From positions 3,488,001 to 3,552,000 of the forward strand of contig OY969811.1 in NCBI GenBank assembly GCA_963703315.1: a stretch of DNA of 64,000 nucleotides, in the 5' to 3' direction. Below, one piece after another: positions 45,756 through 56,521 of the stretch. Made by a program: the position numbers and the translations under genes. The DNA comes from an uncultured cyanobacterium. GTDB taxonomy: Bacteria > Cyanobacteriota > Cyanobacteriia > Pseudanabaenales > Pseudanabaenaceae. The notes under the pieces are model-generated. The model saw nothing but the letters and a program-made list of their open reading frames with translations, had not been told where the DNA came from and did no database searches. Numbering within the stretch: position 1 is the first letter of the stretch; the number at the start of each line of letters is the position of its first letter.

Positions 45756-45817
45756 AGTAACTTTTGACTATCCTCAAAAATAATTTCCGTCAATCCTAAA
45801 AAACATAAATCAAATCT

Positions 45818-46888
45818 ATGAGTGAATCCAAACGCGCTTTAATTACAGGGATTACTGGTCAAGATGGATCTTATCTATCAGAACTTTTACTAGACAAGGG
45901 CTACGAAGTTCATGGCATTATTCGCCGTAGTTCTACCATCAATACCGATCGCATTGATCATCTTTACCAAGATCCCCACCTACCAGCAACCAAATTATTT
46001 CTCCACTATGGTGACCTCACCGATGGCACAACTTTAGGGCGACTTTTAGAAGCAGTACAACCCCATGAAGTATTTAACCTCGGTGCTCAGTCCCACGTAA
46101 GGGTTAGCTTCGACTCTCCTGAATATACCGTTGATGCTGTAGGGATGGGAACCTTGCGCTTGCTAGAAGCATTACGTGATTATCAGCAACGTAATGCTCG
46201 CGAAATCCGTTTTTATCAGGCAGGTTCATCGGAAATGTATGGCTTAGTCCAAGCCGTACCTCAAAACGAAGAGACTCCTTTCTATCCTCGTAGTCCTTAT
46301 GCCTGTGCTAAGGTCTATGCCCATTGGCAAACAATTAATTATCGCGAGTCCTATGGACTATTTGCTTGCAACGGCATCTTGTTTAATCATGAATCCCCAA
46401 GACGCGGTGAAACCTTTGTCACTAGAAAAATTACGAGGGCGATCGCGCGTATTGTCGCCAATCAGCAGAAAAAGCTTTATTTAGGTAATCTTGATTCTAA
46501 ACGGGATTGGGGCTATGCCAAAGATTATGTCGAGGCAATGTGGCTGATGTTGCAACAAGATAAACCCGATGACTATGTAGTCTCCACAGGTGAAACCCAT
46601 TCAGTGCGAGAATTTCTCGAAGAAGCTTTTGCCTACGTCAATCTCAAGTGGGAAGACTATGTAGAGATCGATCCTCGTTACTTCCGTCCTGCCGAAGTTG
46701 ATTTGCTCTTAGGTGACTCGACTAAAGCCAAACAAAAATTGGGCTGGGAACCTAAGGTAACTTTTAAAGGCTTAGTTGAGCTAATGGTTGACGCAGACCT
46801 CGAAGCTTTAGGATTGCCAAATCCTAAAGGTACTGTTGGTCAAGATATTGCCACCTTAAGAAAAGCAGGACAAGCTGCGACTTGGTAA
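45818..46888 (+). CDS. gmd: GDP-mannose 4,6-dehydratase
   Basis: [47 protein letters not shown]. Confidence 0.97.
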   Translation: MSESKRALITGITGQDGSYLSELLLDKGYEVHGIIRRSSTINTDRIDHLYQDPHLPATKLFLHYGDLTDGTTLGRLLEAVQPHEVFNLGAQSHVRVSFDSPEYTVDAVGMGTLRLLEALRDYQQRNAREIRFYQAGSSEMYGLVQAVPQNEETPFYPRSPYACAKVYAHWQTINYRESYGLFACNGILFNHESPRRGETFVTRKITRAIARIVANQQKKLYLGNLDSKRDWGYAKDYVEAMWLMLQQDKPDDYVVSTGETHSVREFLEEAFAYVNLKWEDYVEIDPRYFRPAEVDLLLGDSTKAKQKLGWEPKVTFKGLVELMVDADLEALGLPNPKGTVGQDIATLRKAGQAATW

Positions 46889-46910
46889 GTTTGGTTTATA
46901 GCAATTTCAT

Positions 46911-46959
46911 ATAAGTACCCAGCCTTTGATAGTGAAACCATTGAAGGCTGGGTACTTAT
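46911..46959. terminator. Hairpin downstream of gmd
   Basis: ATAAGTACCCAGCCTT...AAGGCTGGGTACTTAT. Confidence 0.6.
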
Positions 46960-47069
46960 GTGACTATTTTTTGAATGTTAACTTTGGTTACCTAAAAGGA
47001 CACAAATACATTTAATATAGTCGATACATTTACAACTAATGCGATTTAACTACGAGGTCTGGACTGCTA

Positions 47070-47876
47070 ATGAGTTTGTCATTAAGCAATAAGTACATTA
47101 GCGCTGAAGCTCAGCATTATCTAGAGCTATTGCAAGTTTTGGTGAGCCGCAACCTGAAGGTACGTTATCGAGGATCATTTTTAGGGATTTATTGGTCATT
47201 ACTCAATCCTTTGATCATGACAGGATTGTATACTGCTATTTTTGGTGCAACCTTCGCTAAATACTATGGTGACTCGATCCCAAACTATGTATTAGCTGCT
47301 TTGACAGGCTTGATTGTAATTAACTTTTTTGGAGCTTCTACATCACAAGCCCTTAGTAGTGTGGTGGGCAATGGCGCATTACTTAATAAAATTCGCTTGC
47401 CTGTAAGCGTTTTCCCAGTCTCTATGATCGCCGCCAATATTTTCCAATTTGTCATGGGGACTTATCCTTTGCTGGCGATCGTCGCACTAATCAAGTCACA
47501 CAGTTTGATTAATGTCATTGCTATATTTTTACCTTTTATTGCTCTAGTATTATTTTGTATCGGTGTAGGTTTTTTTGTAAGTGCTCTCTTTGTCTTCTTT
47601 AGAGACCTACCGTATTTTTATGAGCTTGTGGTATTTATGCTGTGGATTAGCAGTCCTGTATTCTACCCTGCGGCGATCGTGCCTAAATCTGTGCAACCAT
47701 TTTTGAGTATCAATCCTCTGTCTCCAATCATTGAAAGCTTGCGTCAAATCACGCTTTCTGGTAATCTGCCAGACCTTATGATTATTGCTAATGCACTGTT
47801 AAGTGGTATGCTTTTTGCTGGTTTTGGTTGGTTATATTTTCACCATTCGCGATCGCAATTTATGGACTTGCTATAG
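47070..47876 (+). CDS. wzm: ABC-2 polysaccharide export permease
   Basis: RNLKVRYRGSFLG.YWSLLNPL; about six TM segments; SPVFYP; NPL. Confidence 0.9.
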   Translation: MSLSLSNKYISAEAQHYLELLQVLVSRNLKVRYRGSFLGIYWSLLNPLIMTGLYTAIFGATFAKYYGDSIPNYVLAALTGLIVINFFGASTSQALSSVVGNGALLNKIRLPVSVFPVSMIAANIFQFVMGTYPLLAIVALIKSHSLINVIAIFLPFIALVLFCIGVGFFVSALFVFFRDLPYFYELVVFMLWISSPVFYPAAIVPKSVQPFLSINPLSPIIESLRQITLSGNLPDLMIIANALLSGMLFAGFGWLYFHHSRSQFMDLL

Positions 47877-48614
47877 ATGGAAGAGGCGATTCGATTAGAT
47901 AAAGTTTGTCTGTGGCGCAGAACTCAAGAAGAGTTTTCCTACGATCTTAAGAAAACTATCCTATCTGTTTTTGAGGGTAAGTATCGTCAGCCTGCCAAAA
48001 AGCTGGTACTTGACAAAATTGACTTGGTTATTGAAAAGGGTGAAAAAATTGGCATTATTGGTAGCAATGGTGCTGGTAAATCCACGCTATTAAAAGTGAT
48101 TTCTGGGATTTTACAACCCACCACAGGGACTCTGCGAGTACGTGGTCAGATTGCTCCCTTGATAGAGCTAGGTGCAGGATTTGATGCAGAAATCACTGTC
48201 ATAGACAATATTCTTTTATATGGTGTTTTATTAGGATTTTCAAGAGCAGAAATGAAGGAGAGAGCAGACTCAATCCTCGAATTTGCGGAATTAGAAGATT
48301 ATAGATTTGTACCTGTTAAAGGTTTATCTTCGGGAATGGTAGCAAGATTAGGCTTTGCGATCGCTACAGACATCCAGCCAGATATTTTGATTTTAGATGA
48401 AGTTTTGTCAGTTGGTGATGAGAGCTTTAGAAATAAATGTCAAAAGCGTATCGATAAGTTTTGGGATTCCCACGTGACGATTTTGGTAGTGTCACACTCA
48501 ATGGATTTTATTAAACAATCCTGCGATCAAGCAATTTGGTTAAATAAAGGCAGTATCAAAATAGCTGGTAAATCGGGAGAAGTTGTAAAATCATATTTAG
48601 ATAGTGTTACTTGA
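47877..48614 (+). CDS. wzt: ABC polysaccharide export ATP-binding protein (no C-terminal carbohydrate-binding domain)
   Basis: GSNGAGKST, LSSGMVARL, ILDEVLSVGD, VSH; 245 aa. Confidence 0.9.
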   Translation: MEEAIRLDKVCLWRRTQEEFSYDLKKTILSVFEGKYRQPAKKLVLDKIDLVIEKGEKIGIIGSNGAGKSTLLKVISGILQPTTGTLRVRGQIAPLIELGAGFDAEITVIDNILLYGVLLGFSRAEMKERADSILEFAELEDYRFVPVKGLSSGMVARLGFAIATDIQPDILILDEVLSVGDESFRNKCQKRIDKFWDSHVTILVVSHSMDFIKQSCDQAIWLNKGSIKIAGKSGEVVKSYLDSVT

Positions 48615-48930
48615 GACTATGTTTACTAAGTGGTCATATACAATTAACTACAGTAGTTTAACAGGTTTGACTTAGAATCTTTGCACCTCCTTTCTGATTC
48701 TGCCATTTCCTATGTTTGGTACTGTACAGTAAAAGGTATGATTAGTCATCAAAGGCAAGAGTATTATACGATTTTACGCATGGGATTGCTAATACAGTAA
48801 AATTATTGGTGCTTATCTATGAATAAGTAATTACCGTAATTTTGTTGCTCAGCATTGTTGTGGAATGAAGATTCTAGAAGTTACATCGAATTAGATGTTT
48901 AGTGCCCAGTAAGTTAAATCAACAAGTCTT

Positions 48931-49941
48931 ATGATTGATCTGTCTTATAAAAAGATTCTAGTAACGGGTGCTGATGGTTTTATTGGCTCGCATTTAACGG
49001 AAGAACTGATTAGGCAAGGCTGTAAAGTTCGTGCCTTTGTTCTATATAATTCCTTTAATACATGGGGATGGCTAGATAGCTCACCGCAAGAAATTAAAGA
49101 TGCTCTAGAGATTTTTGCAGGAGACATTCGAGATCCTCATGGCGTTAAAGAAGCAATGAAGGGATGTGATATTGTTCTGCACTTAGCTGCCTTAATCGCT
49201 ATTCCTTACTCCTATCATTCTCCTGATACATACATTGACACAAATATAAAAGGGACGCTTAATGTGGTACAAGCTGCTAGGGAATTAGAACTAGAAAAGG
49301 TTGTTCATACTTCTACAAGCGAGGTCTATGGCACAGCTCAGTTTGTACCTATTACTGAAGAACATCCCTTACAAGGGCAATCTCCTTACTCAGCCAGTAA
49401 GATCGGAGCCGATCAATTAGCATTCTCTTTTTATTCTTCCTTCAATACGCCAGTTGTCACTATCCGTCCGTTTAATACCTATGGTCCTCGACAATCTGCA
49501 CGAGCTGTGATTCCTACTGTAATTACTCAGATCGCTAATGGTAAAAACAAAATCAAGTTGGGATCATTACACCCAACTCGTGACTTTAATTATGTTAAAG
49601 ATACAGTGAGAAGTTTTATTGCAGCAGCGCAGTCAGATGTTATAGGAGAAGTTATTAACATTGGTAGTAACTATGAAGTTTCGATAGAAGATACAGTTAA
49701 TTTAATCGCCGAAATAATGAATGTCGATCTAGAAATAGCTACTGATCAACAACGTTTACGACCTCAAAACAGTGAGGTTGAACGACTCTGGGCTGATAAC
49801 ACGAAAGCCAAGAAATTATTAGGATGGGAACCTCTTTATGGAGGTAAGGAAGGGTTGAGAAGAGGATTATCCGAAACAATTGATTGGTTTACTAATCCTA
49901 ACAACCTAAAGCAATACAAGTCCAATATTTATAATATTTAG
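48931..49941 (+). CDS. legB: NAD-dependent nucleotide-sugar 4,6-dehydratase (LegB-type)
   Basis: TGADGFIGSHL, YNSFNTWGWLD, AALIAIPYSY, QSPYSASK, RPFNTYGPRQS. Confidence 0.88.
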   Translation: MIDLSYKKILVTGADGFIGSHLTEELIRQGCKVRAFVLYNSFNTWGWLDSSPQEIKDALEIFAGDIRDPHGVKEAMKGCDIVLHLAALIAIPYSYHSPDTYIDTNIKGTLNVVQAARELELEKVVHTSTSEVYGTAQFVPITEEHPLQGQSPYSASKIGADQLAFSFYSSFNTPVVTIRPFNTYGPRQSARAVIPTVITQIANGKNKIKLGSLHPTRDFNYVKDTVRSFIAAAQSDVIGEVINIGSNYEVSIEDTVNLIAEIMNVDLEIATDQQRLRPQNSEVERLWADNTKAKKLLGWEPLYGGKEGLRRGLSETIDWFTNPNNLKQYKSNIYNI

Positions 49942-49962
49942 ATCGATTTAGGTCAATTAGTA

Positions 49963-51135
49963 ATGAATAGTCTTAATGAGCAGGTTTTGCTTGATGCACT
50001 ATACAATGTTTTACAAAAAAAAGATGATCACTTTATTAGTTTACATGAGCCATTGTTTGGAGGTAATGAGTGGAACTATGTTAGAGAATGCTTAGATACA
50101 GGTTGGGTTTCTTCAGTAGGAAAGTTCGTTGATCGCTTTGAAAATGAGTTGGCTATTTATACGGGAGCAAAACGAGCGATCGCAGTTGTCAACGGTACGG
50201 CTGCACTGCATATTTGTTTAAAATTAATTGGGATTGAAGTGGGAGATGAAGTATTAATCCCGACTATGACCTTTGTGGCTACAGCAAATGCTGTTTCTTA
50301 CTGTGGAGGAATCCCTCACTTTGTTGATAGTGATGAGCAAACCCTAGGAGTTGATCCTCAAAAACTAGGTAATTATCTAGACTCTATTTCTGAAATAAAA
50401 TCAGAAGGCTGTTGGAATCGACTAACAGGACGTTGGATTAAAGCGGTTATTCCTGTACATGCTTTTGGACATCCTGTAGATTTAGATGCGTTAGATAAAG
50501 TTTGTCAGCATTTTAAGTTGACACTAATTGAGGATGCAGCAGAGTCGTTAGGAAGTTTTTATAAAAGTCGGCATACAGGAAACTGGGGCAAAGTTTCGGC
50601 AATCAGTTTTAATGGGAATAAGATCCTAACTACTGGAGCGGGAGGGGCTATTCTCACACAAGATGAGTCTCTTGCTAATTTTGCCAAACATATTACTACA
50701 ACTGCCAAACTCCCTCATAAATGGGCATTCAACCATGATCAGGTGGGCTACAATTATCGGATGCCAAACTTAAATGCAGCACTAGGTTGTGCTCAATTAG
50801 AACAGCTACCCGAATTTCTCATCAAAAAAAGAAAATTAGCAAACAAATATGCTCAGGTATTTCAGGAGATTGAAGGAATAAAGTTTTTTACAGAGCCAGA
50901 TTTTGCTCAAAGTAATTATTGGCTCAATCTTTTATTGTTAGATGAAAATTATGCCGAACAAAGAGACCAGTTGCTAGAAATAACTAATCGTAATGGAATT
51001 ATGACTCGTCCCACTTGGACATTAATGCACTATTTACCTATGTTTAAAGACTGTCCACGGATGGATTTATCTAAAGCAGAAAGTTTAGAGAGAAGAATAA
51101 TTAATATCCCTAGCAGTGCCAAGTTGTCTAATTAA
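49963..51135 (+). CDS. legC: DegT/DnrJ-family aminotransferase (LegC-type)
   Basis: LHEP.F.GNE, GWVSSVG, EDAAESLGS, SFNGNKILTTG, YNYRMPNLNAALG. Confidence 0.88.
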   Translation: MNSLNEQVLLDALYNVLQKKDDHFISLHEPLFGGNEWNYVRECLDTGWVSSVGKFVDRFENELAIYTGAKRAIAVVNGTAALHICLKLIGIEVGDEVLIPTMTFVATANAVSYCGGIPHFVDSDEQTLGVDPQKLGNYLDSISEIKSEGCWNRLTGRWIKAVIPVHAFGHPVDLDALDKVCQHFKLTLIEDAAESLGSFYKSRHTGNWGKVSAISFNGNKILTTGAGGAILTQDESLANFAKHITTTAKLPHKWAFNHDQVGYNYRMPNLNAALGCAQLEQLPEFLIKKRKLANKYAQVFQEIEGIKFFTEPDFAQSNYWLNLLLLDENYAEQRDQLLEITNRNGIMTRPTWTLMHYLPMFKDCPRMDLSKAESLERRIINIPSSAKLSN

Positions 51136-51167
51136 CTCAAAGAAAGATTAAGGAAAATCATAGTTGT

Positions 51168-52328
51168 ATGCCACGAAAAATATGTGTGATTACTGGGACT
51201 CGTGCTGACTATGGATTACTCTATTGGCTAATGAAAGAGATTCAGAAGGAGCCTGATTTAGAGTTACAGATAATTGCTACAGGGATGCATCTTTCTCCTG
51301 AATTTGGACTAACGTATAAGGTAATTGAACAGGATGGCTTTCGGATTGATACTAAGGTAGAAATGTTACTTTCTAGTGATACGCCTGTTGGAGTAGCCAA
51401 GTCAATTGGGTTAGGAGTAATTGGATTTGCGGATGCTTTAGATAGATTGAAGCCTAATATTTTAGTTGTTTTGGGCGATCGCTATGAAATGTTAGCGGCA
51501 ACTCAAGTTGCTTTAGTTGCTCGTATACCCGTAGCCCATATAGCGGGAGGTGATACGACAGAAGGTGCATTTGATGAAGCGATCCGACATAGCATTACTA
51601 AAATGGCTCACTTACACTTTGTTACTAATAAAATTGCTGCTGATAGAGTTCGTCAATTAGGTGAGAATCCGAAATATATCTATAACTTTGGCAGCCCAGG
51701 TGTTGACCAAATTAAACGATTAAAACTACTAAACCGCGAAGAATTAGAAATATATTTAGCCTTTAAGTTTAAGCCCAAAAATATCTTAGTTACTTTTCAT
51801 CCTGTTACTCTAGACTTTCAACCCGCCTCAGTACAGTTTCAAGAGCTTTTAGTTGCTTTAGATAAACTAGGATCTGAATTGGGCATAATATTTACTAAGC
51901 CAAACTCTGATACTGATGGCAGAACCATATTTCAGATGATAGATAATTATGTTGCTAGCCATGCAAATGCAGTTGCTTATAAATCACTGGGGCAATTGCG
52001 TTATTTAAGTACGATCCAACAGGTAGATGCTGTGGTGGGAAATTCATCCAGTGGAATTTATGAAGTCCCTTATTTTAAAAAGCCAACTGTCAATATTGGC
52101 GATCGCCAAAAAGGAAGATTACAGCCAGAGTCAGTGATTAACTGTCAACCAGTCTCTAGTAGTATTGTTGAAGCAATTCACGAAGCATTTACCAAAGACT
52201 GTTCCCAAACGCCTAATCTTTATGGTGATGGAGATAGTTCTCTAAAGATTGTCCAAATACTAAAACATTTACCAGAGCCTAACGAGTTGCTAAAAAAACA
52301 TTTTTTTGATATTGGGGATCTATTATGA
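51168..52328 (+). CDS. neuC: Hydrolysing NDP-sugar 2-epimerase (NeuC/LegG)
   Basis: TGTRADYG, TGMHLS, LGDRYE, DEAIRHSITK, GNSSSG. Confidence 0.92.
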   Translation: MPRKICVITGTRADYGLLYWLMKEIQKEPDLELQIIATGMHLSPEFGLTYKVIEQDGFRIDTKVEMLLSSDTPVGVAKSIGLGVIGFADALDRLKPNILVVLGDRYEMLAATQVALVARIPVAHIAGGDTTEGAFDEAIRHSITKMAHLHFVTNKIAADRVRQLGENPKYIYNFGSPGVDQIKRLKLLNREELEIYLAFKFKPKNILVTFHPVTLDFQPASVQFQELLVALDKLGSELGIIFTKPNSDTDGRTIFQMIDNYVASHANAVAYKSLGQLRYLSTIQQVDAVVGNSSSGIYEVPYFKKPTVNIGDRQKGRLQPESVINCQPVSSSIVEAIHEAFTKDCSQTPNLYGDGDSSLKIVQILKHLPEPNELLKKHFFDIGDLL

Positions 52329-53413
52329 ATCTAGAGAACAGAGTTTATATTATTGCGGAAGCAGGAGTTAATCATAATGGTTCCCTAGAACTAGCAAAAC
52401 ATTTAGTGGATGTTGCTTTAGAATCTGGTGCTGATGCTATTAAATTCCAAACATTCAAAGCAGAAAAAGTTGTGAGTCAATCTGCACCTAAAGCAGAGTA
52501 TCAAACTCAATTTACCGAGATTTCTGAATCTCAATTGGAAATGATTAAGCGTTTAGAGCTTAGTGAACATAATCATAAAATCCTAATAGACTATTGCAAT
52601 GAGAGAAATATCCAGTTTTTATCTACACCGTTTGATTTAGAAAGCGTTGATTTTTTGTCTTATATCCTCAATTTACCAAAATTGAAACTACCTTCTGGTG
52701 AAATTACCAATGCTCCCCTTCTTTTAAAGGCTGCTCAGACTTTTAAACCAATTATTCTCTCAACGGGTATGAGTACCTTAGGTGAAGTAGAAACTGCATT
52801 AGGAGTACTAGCATTTGGATATACGCAAACTAATGAATTACCATCTATTGCATCATTTCAATCTGCCTATCGATCTGAACTTGGACAACAAGCATTAAAA
52901 GCAAAAGTAACTCTATTACATTGTGTGACAGAGTATCCTACGCCTTTTCATGAGGTTAACCTTAAAGCTATGGATACCTTAAAAGCGGCTTTTGGATTAA
53001 CCGTTGGTTTTTCTGACCACACACTAGGAATTACTATTCCTATAGCGGCTGTGGCTCGCGGTGCGATGGTCATTGAAAAGCACTTTACGCTGGATCGTAA
53101 TTTACCAGGTCCAGATCATCAAGCTTCTTTGGAACCAGATGAGCTAAAAGCTATGGTGCAATCTATTCGTCAAGTAGAATTAGCACTGGGTTCAGGACTA
53201 AAAGCATCTACACCATCAGAATTAAAAAATCAGTCAATAGCACGTAAAAGTCTGGTAGCGTCAGATAATATCAACATTGGTTCTATATTTACTAATGAAA
53301 ATCTAACAACCAAAAGACCAGGAACGGGAATATCTCCAATGTATTATTGGGAATATTTAGGAAAAAAATCGACTAAGTATTACAAGCAAGATGAAATGAT
53401 TAGTGATGGATAA
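52325..53413 (+). CDS. neuB: Nonulosonic acid synthase (NeuB/LegI)
   Basis: IIAEAGVNHNG, KFQTF, STGM, LHC..YP, SDHT, IEKHFTLD; C-terminal antifreeze-like domain. Confidence 0.93.
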   Translation: MNLENRVYIIAEAGVNHNGSLELAKHLVDVALESGADAIKFQTFKAEKVVSQSAPKAEYQTQFTEISESQLEMIKRLELSEHNHKILIDYCNERNIQFLSTPFDLESVDFLSYILNLPKLKLPSGEITNAPLLLKAAQTFKPIILSTGMSTLGEVETALGVLAFGYTQTNELPSIASFQSAYRSELGQQALKAKVTLLHCVTEYPTPFHEVNLKAMDTLKAAFGLTVGFSDHTLGITIPIAAVARGAMVIEKHFTLDRNLPGPDHQASLEPDELKAMVQSIRQVELALGSGLKASTPSELKNQSIARKSLVASDNINIGSIFTNENLTTKRPGTGISPMYYWEYLGKKSTKYYKQDEMISDG

Positions 53414-53433
53414 TATCGATTTATTAAGTAAAT

Positions 53434-54090
53434 ATGGATTGGATTCAAGAGGTAAGGATGGAAAAATTATTTGTTGGTTATTTAGATAAGTTTTTAAGCT
53501 TATATTTTTCTCAATATCCCAAAGATTTGATTTTTAGCTTATTTCCATATTTTGAATCAATACAAAATATTTTAATTGTAGATATTCAAGCTAAGTACCC
53601 TCAATATGAAAACAATGATTTACTAAAGGCTAATTTATTTCATTTATTGGAACAGGATACAACCATTGAAGCAATTTTTTATTACAGGCTGGAAAGAGCT
53701 ATATTCCTCAATCATCCTGAACATATACTCCTACCTTATTTAGCTAATTTAATGAAAATAAAAACAGGAATTGAACTGTACTACAGTACTGAAATTGGAC
53801 AAGGCTTAAATATTCAGCATGGTATTGGAATTGTCATTGGCGCACGCAATAAAATCGGCAATAATTGTATAATTCACCAAGGAGTAACCATTGGGCAAAG
53901 GAGATTATATTCTCCCCATGAATGTGCTTTTATCGGCAACAATGTCACAATTTTTGCTGGGGCTAAGATTGTTGGCAGCATCAGAATTGGAGATAACGTG
54001 CAGATTGGAGCAAATGCTGTTTTGCTTAATGATGCTGAGCCCAATTCTACTTACGTTGGCATACCAGCTAGAAAATTATTGCCAAGATAA
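53434..54090 (+). CDS. Serine O-acetyltransferase-like hexapeptide acyltransferase (start may be 53458)
   Basis: HGIGIVIG, HQGVTIG, IGANAVL, GIPA. Confidence 0.82.
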   Translation: MDWIQEVRMEKLFVGYLDKFLSLYFSQYPKDLIFSLFPYFESIQNILIVDIQAKYPQYENNDLLKANLFHLLEQDTTIEAIFYYRLERAIFLNHPEHILLPYLANLMKIKTGIELYYSTEIGQGLNIQHGIGIVIGARNKIGNNCIIHQGVTIGQRRLYSPHECAFIGNNVTIFAGAKIVGSIRIGDNVQIGANAVLLNDAEPNSTYVGIPARKLLPR

Positions 54091-54115
54091 ATTGTGATGG
54101 AGATTCTTTACTACC

Positions 54116-54751
54116 ATGTCTTTACCAATTGTTATTCTCGGAGCAGGTGGACACAGTAAAGTTTTAATAGATGCTTTACTGAGGCAAAAAGCTGAAATTC
54201 TTGGTATGACTGATTACAAATTAGCAAAAAAAGGTAGGTTAGTTCTAGGGATAGAAGTAATTGGTGATGATTTCATGATTTTAGGTTATAAACCAGATGA
54301 AATTTTTTTGGTGAATGGGCTTGGATCAGTTGGTATTCCCATAAAGCGTAAACATCTATTCTGTAAATTTACAGAATTAGGATACAGGTTCGCAAATGTT
54401 ATTCATCCCGCGACGGTGATTGCTGAGGATGTCCATTTTGGAGAAGGAGTTCAGATTATGGCAGGTGCTGTAATTCAAACAGGTTGCCGCATTGGAGATA
54501 ATTCGATTATTAATACTAAAGCGTCTATAGATCATGACTGTGTGATTGCTGCCCATGTCCATATTGCCCCTGGGGTCACTCTTTCTGGACAAGTAGAAGT
54601 TGAGGAACGTGTGCATATTGGCACTGGTGCAACTATTATTCAAGGAATTCGGATTGGGGAAAATAGTATGATCGCGGCAGGCTCTGTTGTCACGAAAAAT
54701 GTACAAACAGGAATAACAGTTATGGGCGTACCCGCGCGCGAGGTTAATTAA
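54116..54751 (+). CDS. NeuD/PglD-family sugar acetyltransferase
   Basis: ILGAGGHSK, IHP, IDHDC, hexapeptide repeats, GVPA. Confidence 0.9.
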   Translation: MSLPIVILGAGGHSKVLIDALLRQKAEILGMTDYKLAKKGRLVLGIEVIGDDFMILGYKPDEIFLVNGLGSVGIPIKRKHLFCKFTELGYRFANVIHPATVIAEDVHFGEGVQIMAGAVIQTGCRIGDNSIINTKASIDHDCVIAAHVHIAPGVTLSGQVEVEERVHIGTGATIIQGIRIGENSMIAAGSVVTKNVQTGITVMGVPAREVN

Positions 54752-54755
54752 ATTA

Positions 54756-55805
54756 ATGAAAGGTTGGCAAGATACATTAATTACACCAAATCATTCTATT
54801 CACGCAGCAATTCAAAGCATTGATAAAAGTGGATTACAAATTGCTTTAGTGGTCAACGAAAACCGACAACTATTGGGAACAGTCACCGATGGAGATATTC
54901 GCCGCGCCATCCTTAAAGGATTTTCCCTAGAGGATTCTGTTGTTGAGATTATGAACTCTCAACCGATCACTGTAACTGCCACTATTTCTCATTCTGAGAT
55001 CCTAGCAATTATGAGGAATAAGGTTTTACACCAGATTCCTGTAATTGATCACAAAGGCATAGTTGTTGACATCGCTTTGTTAAACACATTACTAGAGACT
55101 ACTCAAAACAATAATTGGGTTATCTTAATGGCAGGAGGACTTGGTTCTCGTTTAGCCCCTTTAACAAATGACTGTCCAAAACCGCTTCTCAAAGTTGGTG
55201 GTAAACCTATTCTAGAAAATATTTTAGAGAGCTTTATTAACGAAGGATTTCACAATTTTTTTATAAGTGTGAATTATAAGTCTCACATGATTGAAGAATA
55301 CTTTGGCGATGGTACAAATTGGGGCGTTGAAATTTGCTATCTACGTGAACAACAGAGTTTAGGAACTGCTGGAAGTTTGGGTTTATTGCCAGATCGACCT
55401 CAGGAATCTTTATTTGTCATGAATGGAGATTTGCTTACGAAAGTTAGCTTTTTGACAATGCTAAATTTTCACCAACAGAATCAAAGTGCTGCAACAATGG
55501 CAGTGCGAGAGTACGACTTTCAGATTCCTTTTGGTGTTGTACGAACTGATTGCAATCGAATTACTGACATTATCGAAAAACCGTCATATAAATTTCATGT
55601 CAACGCAGGTATTTATATTCTAGAACCATCTTGTCTAGATATAATTCCTCCCGAACAATATTATGATATGCCTAGCTTGTTCAAAACCTTAGCAAAACAG
55701 CAGGAAATTGTAATGCCCTTCCTCACATCGGAGTACTGGTTAGATGTAGGTAGAATGGATGATTTTGAGCGTGCAAATGTAGAGTTTTTCGAGGTATTCT
55801 CATGA
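54756..55805 (+). CDS. CBS-domain nucleotidyltransferase (PtmE-like sugar-1-phosphate guanylyltransferase)
   Basis: CBS pair (GTVTDGDIRR) followed by MAGGLGSRL.PLT..PKPLL; LGTAGSL; MNGD; WLDVG. Confidence 0.88.
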   Translation: MKGWQDTLITPNHSIHAAIQSIDKSGLQIALVVNENRQLLGTVTDGDIRRAILKGFSLEDSVVEIMNSQPITVTATISHSEILAIMRNKVLHQIPVIDHKGIVVDIALLNTLLETTQNNNWVILMAGGLGSRLAPLTNDCPKPLLKVGGKPILENILESFINEGFHNFFISVNYKSHMIEEYFGDGTNWGVEICYLREQQSLGTAGSLGLLPDRPQESLFVMNGDLLTKVSFLTMLNFHQQNQSAATMAVREYDFQIPFGVVRTDCNRITDIIEKPSYKFHVNAGIYILEPSCLDIIPPEQYYDMPSLFKTLAKQQEIVMPFLTSEYWLDVGRMDDFERANVEFFEVFS

Positions 55806-56521
55806 TCTATGGAAAAACAGTAATTGCCATTATCCCAGCACGAGGTGGTTCAAAAGGCGTGACTCGGAAGAATATTCGAAATGTTGCGGGGAAACCTCTT
55901 ATTGCATGGACAATCGCTACAGCCCAACAGTCTAAATATATAGATCGCCTCATTCTCTCGTCAGAAGATGAAGAAATAATTCGTATTGCCCAAGCATGGG
56001 GTTGTGAGGTTCCTTTTCGTCGTCCTTCTAACTTAGCTGAAGACTCTACACCAACTATACTTCCAGTCGTCTATACGTTGGAGAAATTAGGTAATAGTAT
56101 TCCTTCCTCATACTATGATTATGTTATTTTGCTTCAGCCAACTTCACCACTACGCAGCACTATAGATATTGACAAATGTATAGAAAAATGTGTTGATAGG
56201 CAAAGCAAAGCTTGTGTTTCAGTCTCAGAAGTAGACCAAAATCCTTATTGGATGTATGTAGTAGATGAAGATAGTCGAATGCGATCGCTAATGCAGTCCG
56301 CAGAGGTAATTCCACGACGACAAGATCTGCCCCTAGTGTATGCACTTAATGGCGCAATTTATGTAGCAAGATGTGATTGGTTAATGCAAACTAAATCATT
56401 TTTGACTGAAGATACAATCGCTTATTTAATGCCACAGGAACGCTCACTAGACATAGATACAGAACTAGATTTAGCTCTTTTAGAAATTATGCTACAGGAT
56501 AAGAAATATGCCACAGTCTGA
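55802..56521 (+). CDS. neuA: Acylneuraminate (nonulosonate) cytidylyltransferase (NeuA/LegF)
   Basis: IPARGGSKG..KN, LQPTSPLR, RRQD, NGAIY, DIDT..D. Confidence 0.92.
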   Translation: MIYGKTVIAIIPARGGSKGVTRKNIRNVAGKPLIAWTIATAQQSKYIDRLILSSEDEEIIRIAQAWGCEVPFRRPSNLAEDSTPTILPVVYTLEKLGNSIPSSYYDYVILLQPTSPLRSTIDIDKCIEKCVDRQSKACVSVSEVDQNPYWMYVVDEDSRMRSLMQSAEVIPRRQDLPLVYALNGAIYVARCDWLMQTKSFLTEDTIAYLMPQERSLDIDTELDLALLEIMLQDKKYATV